DNA of 62,747 bases, counting the filler, from Chiloscyllium plagiosum (lineage: Eukaryota), in NCBI RefSeq assembly GCF_004010195.1. It is 4 parts of one record of this genome, joined end to end, with 100 filler letters (N's around TTAATTAATTAA, not from the genome) between each part and the next. Parts side by side here need not be neighbours in the genome. Positions count along the whole stretch, not along the records: positions 1 to 31,107 come from NC_057710.1; positions 31,208 to 38,661 come from NC_057710.1; 2 more parts are not named here. One strand, given 5' to 3'. Under the pieces are notes generated by a model. That model searched no databases. It was not told the origin of the DNA and saw nothing but the letters and a program-made list of their open reading frames with translations. How positions within the stretch are numbered: the first letter of the stretch is position 1; every line of letters begins with the position of its first letter. A program made the position numbers and the translations under genes. Shown one piece after another: positions 24,983-37,612 of the stretch.

Positions 24983-25447
24983 GATTTTGCCTGTCCCCGG
25001 ATGCTGCCTGAATTGCTGTGCTCTGCTAACTCAGAAGGACAATGGAACAGATTCAGGAAAACATAAATGGACCGATATCAAAGAACTAGTTTGAAGTAAA
25101 AAAGGCAGAGAAGGAAAGAAATAACAGCAATGACGTTACAAGTTCCTCTCTCCCTGTCTGTCTCCAGCTCAGGAACCAGTGTCCAATGAAAAAGCAACTT
25201 GGAAAAACAGCCATTCATTGAGATCTCAAGGACGTCTGCAAACTCTGTCACTGTTGAGGAAACAAGACAACAGCAAAACAATTGTGGTGTCAAGTTTCAC
25301 TCTCATAATTCAAGAACTTTAAAATGCTATTTATTTTACCTTCCTGTCTGTAATAGACACCGTAACCCTTTTAAACATATTATCTGTGTTTTTGTGTGCG
25401 TATCACATAGCTTATCTCTCCACCCTTCAGGCTCTCTGCCTTTATTC

Positions 25448-25475
25448 CTGATGAAGGGCTTTTGCCCGAAACGTC
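25448..25475 (+). ncRNA. Minimal hammerhead ribozyme motif, intact core
   Basis: Identical 28-nt core to 24955-24982; distal pairing TTCAGGC (25426-25432) with GCCTGAA (25499-25505). Confidence 0.8.
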
Positions 25476-26489
25476 GGTTTTGCTGCTCGTCGGATGCTGC
25501 CTGAACTGCTGTGCTCTTCCAGCACCACTGATCCAGACGATCATCTTAGTTTGACAGCATTAACTTATTAATGTACAATGGCACTTGTTTTGCTCCTGCA
25601 CAGCAGCTATGAAAAATAACTAGCTTTACCTGTTCCTCAATGTTTAATTTGGATACACCAAATTTCCAGGATGATTTGCAATGGACTCAACACTTTACTC
25701 ATTCTTAAGTGGCAGCCTTAGGTCTATTTATGAGGATGCACAGTAGACAATTATCTGAGGGGGTATCAGAGAATTGTCCAATTATAAATAAAGCCAGTAT
25801 GCGGATCTTGTGAAATCGACACTCACATTATATTGTGAGAAGAGAAATTGACAGCACATAGGCAAACGGACACTTTGCACAGTTGAGTCAAAAGCTCTCT
25901 TCCCTGAGCCCCAGGTACAGTCAGTTCAAATAGGGTTATAAGAGATCAATGTTAATTGCAAGACAATACAATTTCAATCACATTTGATAGGAACAATGCT
26001 GCTAGTCTGGCAGTATCAATCAGTTAACAATAGCAACAGGAGATTAGTTAATCTAAGAGATAGGTGCTAATATTCAGCATCCTGGCTGCAATAGTTTCAT
26101 ACGGCAGTGAACATTCATCTCAAGTATCCTGGTGCCATTTGGTCCGCATGGGCATTGTGGTGACTGGGTTCCTGGGAGACAGTGAGCACCCTTCAGGCTT
26201 CAGGAGCTGCGATGCCATTGTGTGGTAGTGAATCTCAATAGTAGGTCATCCAGAGAGCATGTTCCTTCAGTCAGAAAGGGCTTAGGGTGTGTCTCTGTTA
26301 CTGTCTGTTCCTGAGTATGGCCAAGTTGAGATAGCAGTGCCATTATGGGTAGGCCTTCTTTGTCTAAAGACAACTACAGTGTGTGTAAGCAAGTGGTCTG
26401 TAGGCAGAGTGGTTTTTCCTTCTCTCACAAGGGGACAGCCATTGTCCCACAGGATAGCTTTAATGTGCTTGCTTGATTGTTAGCGAGAG

Positions 26490-26725
26490 CAACCTTTTCA
26501 TGCAGAGGGTGGTGTGTGTATGGAATGAGCTGCCAGGGGAAATGGTGGAGGCTAGTACAATTATAACATTCGAAAAGCATCTGGATGGGTATAGGAATAG
26601 GAAGGGCTTAGAGGGATAAGAGCAAAGTGCTGGAAAATGGGACTAGATTATTTTAAGATATCTGTTTGGCATGGACGAGTTGGGCCGAGGGGACTATTTC
26701 TGTGCTGTACATCACTATCACTCTA
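26490..26725 (+). mobile_element. CR1 3' end
   Basis: VWNELPGEMVEA..KHLDGY region and GGGCCGAGGG 3' UTR. Confidence 0.85.
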
Positions 26726-26805
26726 CGAGTGGCGGGTGAAGGAGGAGATCTCGGGCGGCAGTGACAGGGGAATAGGTCATAGAGATGTACAGCACAGAAA
26801 CAGAC

Positions 26806-27113
26806 TAGATTAGATTACTTAGTGTGGAAACAGGCCCTTCGACCCAACAAGTCCACACCGCCCCGCGAAGCGCAACCCACCCATACCCCTACATTTACCC
26901 CTTACTTAACACTACGGGCAATTTAGCATGGCCAATTCACCTGACCTGCACATCTTTGGATTGTGAGAGGAAACCGGAGCACCCGGAGGAAACCCACGCA
27001 GACATGGGGAGAACGTGCAAACTCCACACAGTCAGTCGCCTGAGGCGGGAATTGAACCCAGGTCTCTGGTGCTGTGAGGCAGCAGTGCTAACCACTGTGC
27101 CACCGTGCCGCCC
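26806..27113 (-). mobile_element. HE1/V-type SINE in the CR1 3' UTR
   Basis: Full-length copy flanked by ACAGAC and ACAAAC. Confidence 0.93.
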
Positions 27114-28366
27114 ACAAACCCTTCGGTCCAACCTATCAATGCCGACCAGATATCCCAACCCAATCTAGTCCCACCTGCTAGCACCCGGCCCATATCCCTC
27201 CAAACCCTTCCTATTCATATACCCATCCAAATGCCTCTTAAATGTTGCAATTGTACCAGCCTCCACCACTTCCTCTAGCAGCTCATTCGATACATGTACC
27301 ACTCTCTGTGTGGAAAAGTTGCCCCTTAGGTCTCTTTTATATCTTTCCCCTCTCAACCTAAACCTATGCCCTCCAGTTCTGGACTCCCTGACCCCAGGGA
27401 AAAGACTTTGTCGATTTATCCTATCCATGCCCCTCATGATTTTGTAAACCTCAACCTCCGACGCTCCAGGGAAAACAGCCCCAGCCTGTTCAGCCTCTCC
27501 CTATAGCTCAAATCCTCCAACGCTGGCAACATCCTTGTAAATCTTTTTGAATCCTTTCAAGTTTCACAACATCTTTCCGATAGGAAGGAGACTAGAATTG
27601 CTTGCAATATTCAAACAGTGGCCTAACCAATGTCCTGTACAGCCGCAACATGACCTCCCAACTCCTGTCTTCAATACTCTGACCAATAAAATAAAGCATA
27701 CCAAATGCCTTCTTCACTATCCTATCTACCTGCGACTTCACTTCAAGGAGCTATGAACCTGCACTCCAAGGTCTCCTTGTTCAGCAACACTCCCCAGAAC
27801 CTTAACATTAAGTGTATCAGTCCTGCTAAGATTTGCTTTCCCAAAATGCAGCATCTCGCATTTATCTGAATTAAACTCCATCTGCCACTTCTCAGCCCAT
27901 TGACCCATTTGGTCTAGATCCTGTTGTAAACTGAGGTCACCTTTTTCGATATCCAGAACACGTCCAATTTTGGTGTCATCTGCAAACTTACTAACTGTAC
28001 CTCTTATGCTCACATCCAAATCATTTATGTAAATGACAAAACGTAGTGGACCAAGCACCGATCCTTGTGGCACTCCACTGGTCACAGGCCTCCAGTCTGA
28101 AAAACAACCCTCCACCACCACACTCTGTCTTCTACCTTTGAGCCAGTTCTATATCCAAATGGCTAGTTCTCCCTGTATTCAATGAGATCTAACCTTGCTA
28201 ACCAGTCTCCCATGGGAAACTTTGTCAAACGCCTTACTGAAGTCCATATAGATCACATCTATTGCTCTGCCCTCATCAATCCTCTTTGTTACTTCTTCAA
28301 AAAACTCAATCAAGTTTGTGAGACACGATTTCCCATGCACAAAGCCATGTTGACCACCCTTAATCA

Positions 28367-29220
28367 GTCATACAGTCATAGAGATGTACAGCATGGAAAC
28401 AGACCCTTCGGTCCAACACGTCCATGCCGACCAGATATCCCCACCCAATCTAGTCCCACCTGCCAGCACTCTCCAAACCTTTCCTATTCATATACCCATC
28501 CAAATGCCTCTTAAATGTTGCAATTGTACCAGCCTCCACCACATCATCTGGCAGATCATTTCATACATGTACCACCCTCTGCCTGAAAAAGTTGCCCCTT
28601 AGGTCTCTTTTATATCTTTCCCCTCTCATCCTAAACCTATGCCCTCTTGTTCTGGACTCCCCAACCCCAGGGAAAAGACTTTGCCTATTTATCCTATCCA
28701 TGCCCCTCATAATTTTGTAATATTCTATAAGGTCACCCCTCAGCCTCTGACACTCCAGGGAAAACAGCCCCACCTGTTCAGCCTCTCCCTGTAGCTCAGA
28801 TCCTCCAACGCTGGCAACATCCGTGTAAATCTTTTCTGAATAATTTCAAGTTTCACAACATCTTTCCGATAGGAAGGAGACCAGAATTGCACGTAATATT
28901 CCAACAGTGGCCTAACCAATGTCCTGTATTGCCGCAACATGACCTCCCAACTCCTGTCTTCAATACTCTGACCAATAAAATAAAGCATACCAAACGCCTT
29001 CTTCACTATCCTATCTATCTGTGACTCCACTTTTAAGGAGCTATGAACCTGCACTCCAAGGTCTCTTTGTTCAACAACACTCCCTAGGACCTTACCATTA
29101 AGTGTATAGGTCCTGCTAAGATTTGCTTTCCCAAAATGCAGCACCTCACATTTATCTGAATTAAACTCCATCTGCCACTTCTCAGCCCATTGGCCCATCT
29201 GGTCAAGATCCTGTTGTAAT
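28367..29220 (-). mobile_element. Second CR1 3' fragment of the same family nested in the long copy
   Basis: A new 3' tail begins mid-RT and repeats the content of about 26775-27930. Confidence 0.8.
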
Positions 29221-29369
29221 NNNNNNNNNNNNNNNNNNNNNNNNNNNNNNNNNNNNNNNNNNNNNNNNNNNNNNNNNNNNNNNNNNNNNNNNNNNNNNNN
29301 NNNNNNNNNNNNNNNNNNNNNNNNNNNNNNNNNNNNNNNNNNNNNNNNNNNNNNNNNNNNNNNNNNNNN
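29221..29369. other. Assembly gap (149 N)
   Basis: N run. Confidence 1.
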
Positions 29370-31107
29370 CCTGTCCCTCAGGATTCCCTCCAACAACTTG
29401 CCCACCACCGAGGTCAGGCTCACCAGTCTATAGTTCCCTGACTTGTCTTTACCGCCCTTCTTAAACAGTGACACCATGTTTGCCAACCTCCAGTCTTCCG
29501 GCACGTCACCTGTGACTATCGATGATACAAATATCTCAGCAAGAGGCCCAGCAATCACTTCTCTAGCTTCCCACAGAGTTTTTGGGTACACCTGATCCAG
29601 GTCCTGGGAACTTATCCACTTTTAACCATTTCAAGACATCCAGCACTCCCTCCTCTGTAATCTGGACATTTTGCAAGATGTCACCATCTATTTCCCTACA
29701 GTCTATATCTTCCATATCCTTTTCCACAATAAATACTGATGCAAAATATTCATTAAGTATCTCTGCCATTTTCTGTGGCTCTACACAAAGGCCGCCTTAC
29801 TGATCTTTGAGGGGTCCAATTCTCTCCCTAGTTACCCTTTTGTCCTTAATATATTTGTAAAAACCCTTTGGATTCTCATTAATTCTATTTGCAAAAGCTA
29901 TCTCATGTCCCCTTTTGCCCTCCTGATTTCCCTCGGAAGTATACTCCTACTTTCTTTATACTCTGTTAAGGATTCACTCATTCTATCCTGTCTATACCTG
30001 ACATATGCTTCCTTCTTTTTCTTAACCAAGCCGTCAATTTCTTTAGTCATCCAGCATTCCCTATACCTACCAGCCTTCCCTTTCACCTGGCAGGAATGTA
30101 CTTTCTCTGGATTCTTGTTTTCTCACTTCTGAAGGCTTCCCATTTTCCAGCCGTCCCTTTACCTGCGAACAACTGCCTCCAATCAGCTTTCGAAAGTTCT
30201 TGCCTAATACCATCAAAATTGGCCTTTCTCCAATTTAGAACTTCAACTTATAGATCTGGTCTATCCTTTTCCATCACTATTTTAAAACGAATAGAATTAT
30301 GGTCGCTGGCCCCAAAGTGCTCCCCCACTGACACCTCAGTCACCTGCTCTGCCTTATTTCCCAAGAGTAGGTCTAGTCTTGCACCTTCTCTAGTAGGTAC
30401 ATCCACATACTGAATCAGAAAATTGTCTTGTGCACACTTAAGAAGTTCGTCTCCATCTAAACCTTTAACACTATGGCAGTCCCAGTCGATGTTTGGAAAG
30501 TTAAAAATCCCCTACCATAACTACCCTATTATTCTTACAGATAGCTGAGATCTCCTTGCAAGTTTGTTTCCCAATTTCCCTCTGACTATTGGGGGGGTCT
30601 ATAATACAATCCCAATAAGGTGATCATCCCTTTCTTATTTCTCAGTTCCACCCAAATAACTTCACTGGATGTATTTCCAGGAATATCCTCCCTTAGCACA
30701 GCTGTAATGCTATCCCTTATCAAAAATGCCACTCCCCTCCTCTTTCGCCTCCCTTTCTTTGCTTCCTGTAGCATTTGTATCCTGAAACATTTAGCTGCCA
30801 GTCCTGCCCATCCCTGTTTCTGTAATTGCTATGATATGCCAGTCCCATGTTCCTAACCATGCCCTGAGTTGATCTGCCTTCCCTGTTAGGCCCCTTGCAT
30901 TGAAATAAATGCAGTTTAATTTATTAGTCCTACCTTGTCCCTGCCTACCCTGACTGTTTGACTCACTTCTATTCTCAGCTGTACTCGTCTCAGATCGATC
31001 TCTTTCCTCACTATCTCCCTGGGTCCCACCCCCCCACCTTACTAGTTTAAATCCTCCCAAGCAGTTCTAGCAAATTTCCCTGCCAGTATATTAGTCCCCT
31101 TCCAATT

Positions 31108-31207
31108 NNNNNNNNNNNNNNNNNNNNNNNNNNNNNNNNNNNNNNNNNNNNTTAATTAATTAANNNNNNNNNNNNNNNNNNNNNNNNNNNNNNNNNNNNN
31201 NNNNNNN
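31108..31207. other. Scaffolding gap 44N-TTAATTAATTAA-44N
   Basis: Identical layout occurs three times in the window. Confidence 0.97.
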
Positions 31208-31375
31208 AGCTTATCTCCACGCTTCAGGCTCTCTGCCTTTATTCCTGATGAAGGGCTTTTGCCCGAAACGTCGATTTTGCTGAAGCTCCTCGGATGCTGC
31301 CTGAACTGCTGTGCTTTTCCAACACCATTGATCCAGAATCTGGTTTCCAGCATCTGCAGTCATTGTTTTTACCTA
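31208..31375 (+). mobile_element. Family-1 PLE terminal repeat with intact hammerhead at 31245-31272
   Basis: CTGATGAAGGGCTTTTGCCCGAAACGTC followed by the family 3' part ending GTTTTTACC. Confidence 0.85.
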
Positions 31376-33155
31376 GATGGTTGAACTAGTTTAGTTTTTA
31401 ATCAATAGTGACCACAAGATGTTAATGAAATAAGAGTTTTGATAGTGGTATTGTTGAAAGGTCAGGAGATGGTTCGGTTTTATCTTGTTGAAGTTGAACA
31501 TTGCCTTGAATTATTTATGTACAGGTACTACTTATTACTGCAATGTTGAATGTTACCCAAGTCTTGTTAGTGATGGACAATTGCTGTTTCATTACTTGAG
31601 AAGTTGTGAAGGAAGCTTAGTGGTTTTGGAAGTTTTTTATAGCTTTGCAGTCGTAAGTTGATAGTTCAACTCCACTCCAAATGGTATGAAAATGTGTACA
31701 AAAATTCACTTTTTTTTGTTGGCATGTATTTTTGAGTAGTTGATAGATTTGAATTTCTATTGACTAAAATTTGAACTGATTTGGTATAGCTCCAATGTGC
31801 ATGGATTTCCAGTCATTTTCTGTGAGTAGTTACTGTTCTTGTGTGTTGATGATTCTGTGTACTTTGCTTATGCTTGCTCCAGTGCATGGAATAGCTGTTT
31901 TCAAATGCATGTTTTATATTCTTGATTTTTAAACCTATAAGATTGTGTATGCCTTATGTGAAATTGTTATGGATAAAGTCACTGTAGATGTCAGGATGTA
32001 AATTCAAATTGGGTATTTCCTGTTCAAGTCGCAGGTATTGTCTGTATTCTGAGGTACAGTGACGAGCTGAAAGGAATAAAATCCCTATGTCATAGGTTGA
32101 TGAGAATCCATTTTTAAATAATTCTGGTAATTGTGTGATGGTTTGACAGATGATCTACACTTTCAAAGTTTATGACTCGAGTATTTAATGTCAGGATACA
32201 GTTATATGTAAATATTTTACGATATGGAAATCTCTCATCAGACTCTTTTCTCTTTCAAGTTTTTTTCTCCCATTTAACTGATGACAATCCCAATGTGAAG
32301 TTTATGGTTTAACAAGAAGCCTGATTTGACCTCCCTAGTATAAGTGACATATTGCTGGAAGAATAAGCATTTTTGCTGTTTGAAGCAACTTCTGCCAGAT
32401 CTGCTGGCATTGTATGTTTATAATGTGCTTGTTTGTTTATTATTAAATGCTTATTAATTGTACATTGCAGAAGATGTAAAGATTTTAATTATGTTTAGCT
32501 AATTAACCTAGCTAAAGTAGCCCCATAATCAAAGAACAGCTGTCTAAATCCAAAAAAATCTGTCCTGGGTTCCCTTTTTATATATGTGCGCTGCTGCACT
32601 TTATCTTACATTCTTTGCTTGATCTGTTTGATGCAAGAAAGCATGTAGGAGATTCTAAAAGGCACTGGTGCTAGATTGGATATTCACTGAAGAGTGAGCA
32701 GAAAATTAATACAGGAGACTTTAAGCTCTTCCTTTTAATTAAATGTAAATCTACTGATTGGTATAAAATTTCTGTTGCTGAGGTATTTATTGTAGTCGAT
32801 GCCTGAGAGCTGTGTGTCGTTGTAAGAAAACCTTTGATGACAAGCAACTTATTGTCATTATGTTGTAGGAATCCTGAGTATTCAGTAGCAACCCTGACAT
32901 TAACATTCCAGTCCTGGTTGCTAGAGGAATATAGTTAGTAAATAGAAATTGATTAAAAAAAAAAACAATTTAACAATTTTTTTACATGGGTTACAGTTTT
33001 CTGAATTTATCTTTTGTACAAACAATATATTTTTATTGTTACTATTATTTATGCACCTCAATTGCTAATTCTATTGTAGTGCAATCACCTCTTCTAATCT
33101 CTTGCAATCCCACTATGTCAGAGTCTGCCACTGAAAGTCACTTGCAATTGCAGAG

Positions 33156-33700
33156 TGTTCGGGACCAGACCAAATTCCCTCAAAATATATTAACTAATTA
33201 ATGGTTCCAATATAGTAACATCTCATAAACATAGCTTTGACAAAGGCAAATTCAGTAAAATAGATTATCATACATGCAATTCCGGCAGCAAGAAGAGAAC
33301 CTGTAATGGAGAGAGGAATAAGAGCTTCCACATCCAACTTAAAGACCCCAACGAATACGGTTTATGTGGGAGCTTGACCTCACCCATTCAGGCTGCTTCT
33401 ATTGTTCCAACTTGAAAAAAAAATCCCAATGTCTTACAAGCTGTTTACCCTATTGGCTTTGGGCAGACTGCTCATCAGCTATGTCTCAATCTTTCTTCAT
33501 AGAGGAAAAAAAGGACAAAGTACACCTCTTAAAGCCATAATTTGTCATGAGAGAGAGATAGTGAGAGGAAGGCCTAGTTTCTTTTAAAAGCAGCTCAGAG
33601 AGCTCTGGCCTTGGAGAGTTTAGGAACTCACTCCGACAGAAGAGTGGGAGAGTTAAGAAAACAGAGAAAGATACAAGCCCTGAGATTTTTAAAAGTGGCA
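33156..33700 (-). mobile_element. Probable LTR remnant
   Basis: TGTTCGGGACCAGACCAAATTCCCTCAAAATATATT resembles the reverse complement of the LTR end at 36125-36159; the right boundary is uncertain. Confidence 0.4.
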
Positions 33701-34066
33701 CGGAAAGTATAGTGATGGTTTAGAAATATAATCCTGTACTAATGACTGCAGCAAGCCCAGAGGCATATGCAACCCTTCTACCAGAGGTGCTAACTGCAGG
33801 TATTCATCTTATAGCCAGTTCGATAAAGACAGACTAAGAACTAGACCTGTGACCTGTGAATTCAAAACATGATATCATTGTGGAGCTGAGATTATGCATT
33901 GAAGAGCTGTGTGGGATTACATCTACTATAAGTGAAATACAGGAATGTTCAGAGTTGCTAAAAACTACAGAAAAGGATGAAGGAAACAGGCTACAACTGA
34001 AAGCATTGGGTGAGGCATGATGGCTACTAACTTTCCTAATTTTCCCAAGTACACTAATATTGATAG

Positions 34067-34256
34067 AGGGAGGAGGAGAAGTTCTTCAAGGTCGGCATCC
34101 TTGGAAGAGCCTTCACAGTAAGGTTATAAAATTCCTGATAACGAGCTTATGCTCGAAATATCGATTCTCCTGCTCTTCGGACGCTGCCTGACCGGTTGTG
34201 CATTTCCAGTACCACATTATTCGCCTCTGATCTCCAGCATCTGCTCACTTTCTCCT
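34067..34256 (+). mobile_element. Family-1 PLE piece with inverted 5' segment and variant HHR at 34135-34162
   Basis: CTGATAA-C-GAGC-TTAT-GCTC-GAAAT-ATC. Confidence 0.75.
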
Positions 34257-34455
34257 AACATTAATAGTTTAATTAACAGACCAGAGCAGCTGTGAGTAGC
34301 TACACTTGTATCACTGTTTGGGAGAGATTTTCTATGAGGCATATTTCACCTTCAACCTCTACAAAGAGCAAAAAAAAGGGACAGGAGAAATTTTGCACAC
34401 TTTGATGTGAATCAAATGTGACTTGTTAAAGGAATGGTTCAATATTAAAGCAGAA

Positions 34456-34880
34456 GGTGGCACGGTGGCTCAGTGATTAACACTGCTGCTTCACAGGACC
34501 AGGGATACAGGTTCAGTTTCAGTCTCGGGCAGCGGACTGTGTGGAGTTTGCATATTTTCTCTATGTCTGCTTGAGTTTCCTCCCACTGACCAAACGTGTG
34601 CAGGTTAGGTAGATTGGCCATGCTAAATTGTCCATAGCGTCTAGGGATGTACAGGGTAGGTGGTTTAGTAATGGGAAATACAAGGTTGCAGTGGTAGGGT
34701 TAAAATTCAGGCAACACCAGGTTATAGTCCAACAGGCTTAATTGGAAGCACTAGCTTTCGGAGCGCCGCTGTGGTAGGGTAGAGGGGTTGGCCTGGGTGG
34801 AATGCTCTTCAGAGGGTTTGTATGTTCTTGATGGGCTAAATGGCCTGTTTCCACACTATAGAGATTCTCTGATTCTATGA
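34456..34880 (+). mobile_element. HE1/V-type SINE carrying a 70-bp family-3 PLE insert at 34701-34770
   Basis: SINE head and core; insert flanked by TSD GTGGTAGGGT at 34691-34700 and 34771-34780. Confidence 0.85.
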
Positions 34881-35430
34881 AGGTGAAAGAGAATCCATTG
34901 ATCAGTATGTGACTGCATTAAAACGAATTGAGAATGCTGTAAATTTGGATTGAAAGAAGGTTATTTAATTATAAATAAGAATATGTTAGGCTTTAGAGAT
35001 GCTGGAATGTGTGCACATTGACTGAATGAGGAGAAACTTGCTCTCAGGAAAGCAAAAGACAATGGTACTGAATCTGCAGCTGGAACAGGGTAAGCCTTGT
35101 TATGCCAATTGATATTCCAGACTGAAAGGACAGAAAGATCATGGAGATAGGAGACAGCAAATACTGTGGACAATGTTATATGAAGGAAAATGAGGCATGT
35201 CCAGAATGCAGAACACAGTGCTCTCACTGTAAGAAGCTAAATCGGTTTGCACACAATATTTGGTGAGATGGAAGCACAACAAACAAATACAGATGGCCAC
35301 TGGAGAAATATCAGCTGAAGATTCCGATGAATCACTTGACAGTATACAATGCGTTCGTTCAAGCAGGAAAACAGATGACAAATGGTTTGTGTCTGATGGA
35401 GTCATGACTGGAGAAGAAGAATATTAAATC
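34881..35430 (+). mobile_element. Degenerate Gypsy gag remnant
   Basis: ESIDQYVTALK and the Cys-rich ACPECRTQCSHCKKLNRFAH zinc-knuckle-like segment. Confidence 0.5.
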
Positions 35431-35549
35431 AACGTAATGACAGACAATGATGTGTGAAGTGCTCAAAGTGGTGATCCAAAAATTAATCTCTCAGCAGTAT
35501 GGTAGAGGCTATATAGTAGCACCATGCTCATGCCAAGAGGACAAATTAC

Positions 35550-37125
35550 TCTGTAGGGCCAATACATTGGTTAAGAGATGTGCCTTTAAGAAGGATTTGT
35601 TTTGTCATGTTATTTTGAAAGCAAGTATTGTAAACTTGGAGCCAAGCTGTCAGCTAGTTTTGGTGTTTTTCAAAGTTGGAACAATAGAAGCAGCATGAAG
35701 GGGTGGGGTGAAGCTCCCACAGAACCAGCATTTTAGTTTCAGCTCTCAGCAGTTGCTGGCATCTTGAAGCTAGATGTGGAAGCTGTTAGTCTCCCTGTTA
35801 CAGCTAAAAGCTTGTGTTCTCTTTCTGCTGCTAGAATTGCATGTGAAACAATCTATTTTATTGAATTTGCCTTTGTCAAGGGTGTGTTCATAGGATATTA
35901 CTACATTGGAACTGTTGTGATTTTGTAATTAAATAATCTATTATCCAGTAGAGTTAAGTTATTCCATTTCTTTTTTTTTTGTTTATATCTTAAATATATT
36001 GAAAAAATGAAGTGTATTTTGCTTTAAGCCTGCTAGTTTTACCAATCAAATTGCATCTGGACCAAAACATTCTACAATTGCCTTTTAAAAATAAGAAAGA
36101 GTTGGGGTCTAAGCTATCTTCTTAATATGTTTTAAGGGGATTCGGTCTAGTTCATAACAAACTGGAGACGCCAGTCTGTGATAAAAATCTCTCACTCCAG
36201 GTTGGTTTTTGGATTATTACAGTCAAAGGTGTTGAATTTGATGTTCTCTTTTAGGTATTGCATTTGGTTAGTTTAAATAGAGGGTGCCTTATGTAGTAAT
36301 GGCACTTACAGTCACTCAGTTTACTGGGGTAGAACAAGTCACTTCAGGAGTTTGACAGAAAGTGAGCAAGGCAATTTTGGAATTGACAGACTAGCTGGAG
36401 TTATTTTTATGCAAAAAGATGAGGTAATTGCAGCAGTAGCTCAACATTTATGATTCCCAGAAATGCACTCAAGATCTTTGGAAATTGCTAAACTTCAATT
36501 GCAAATGTAGCAGCTGCAATTCAAGGGAGAAAGAGTTTTTGAATCTGAAGTTGGCAATTAAAAAGGAAATTTGACTTCAAATAGTGGAGGTGATGTAAAA
36601 GGTAGGCGTAATGGTAAGGACAGCGATGGAAAGCGAACCCATCATAGCCAAAGTCCTAGTCAGGATCTGTTTAAATATGTCTAAGCGTTGTGTAAGTTTG
36701 AGAAGGACATAGAAGCCTCTTTTATTTCATTTTGAGGAAGTGGCTAAACAAATGAAATGACCGGTGACAATATGGGTATTTGTTGATCCAAACAAAGTTG
36801 GTAGGTAGAACTAGTGCAGTATTTGCATCACTGTCAGAGAAGGTATTCTGGGAATATGATGAGATGAAAAAAGCCATTTTAAGAGCATATGAGCTAGTAC
36901 CAGAAGCCTACAGATAGTGTTTTAGGAATCTGAGGAGGGAACCTGGTCAAATGTACGTAGAGTTTGAAAGCATTAAACAAAGTAACTTTGATAGGTGGAT
37001 AAGAGCATTGAAAATAGATCAAGCATTGGACAATTATTTTAGAGGTGTTCAAAACTTTACTTTCTGGAGTGAGGATTAATGTGGAAGAGCAAAGAGTTAA
37101 GATTGCAAGATAAGCAGCGGAAATC
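35550..37125 (+). mobile_element. Gypsy (Gmr1-like) LTR plus decayed gag with SCAN-like region
   Basis: LTR ends CATAACA at 36159; downstream LIQTKLVG..EYDEMKKAILRAYELVPEAYR*CFRNL motif. Confidence 0.7.
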
Positions 37126-37129
37126 AATT

Positions 37130-37612
37130 GAGTCAATGGGCTGAGGAGTGGCAAATGGAGTTTAATTTGGATAAATGGGAGGTATTGCATTTTGGTTTAA
37201 AAAAAGCAGGACTTATACAATAGTGTTGGGGCCTTGGATAGTGCTGTAGAACAAAGAGACGTAAGGGTCCAGGTACTTAATTCTTTGAAGTTAGTGTCAC
37301 ACGTAGACGGGGTGGTTAAGAAGGCTTTCGCACACTTGCCTTTGTTGCTCAGACCTTTGAGTAAAGGATTTGGAGCATAATACTGAGATGATCTTGGGCA
37401 CTGTGGAGGCCTTTTCTGGAGTCCTGTGTCCAGCTCTGGTCGGCCTGTTGTGGAAAAGATATTATTAAGCTGGAGTGCGATCAGAAAAGGTTTACCAGAA
37501 TGCTGCTGGGAAAAGAAGGTTTGAGTTATAAGGAGAGGCAAGATAAGCTGGGACTTTTTGCACTGGAGGTTGAGTGGTGACCTTAGAGGTTTACAAAATC
37601 ATAAATCAGAGG
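37130..37612 (+). mobile_element. CR1 fragment that apparently continues at 39025-39350
   Basis: WAEEWQMEFNLDK motif and downstream RT thumb region. Confidence 0.8.

Larger units (their letters stand above)
24819..25533. mobile_element. Composite PLE-derived insertion with three hammerheads and cargo
   Basis: TSD CAGACGATCATCTTAG at 24803-24818 and 25534-25549; HHRs at 24918-24945 (-), 24955-24982 (+) and 25448-25475 (+). Confidence 0.88.
26775..31107 (-). mobile_element. Long CR1/HER1 LINE from ORF1 end and APE endonuclease through RT to 3' UTR, disrupted, with nested insertions and a gap
   Basis: CIYFNARGL, IIAITET, LGLYYRPP, GNYRLVSLTSVVGKLLE, GVPQGSVLGP and SKFADDTK motifs. Confidence 0.95.

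Noticed and set aside
26060..26483. Possible further PLE remnant on the minus strand (HIKAILWDNGCP, resembling xxNGYP)
   Set aside because: Only one weak motif, with no clear HHR or TSD; cannot be supported without a search.
31152..31163. TTAATTAATTAA as a piggyBac target or homeodomain site
   Set aside because: Centred in fixed 100-bp N gaps three times, so it is a synthetic spacer.
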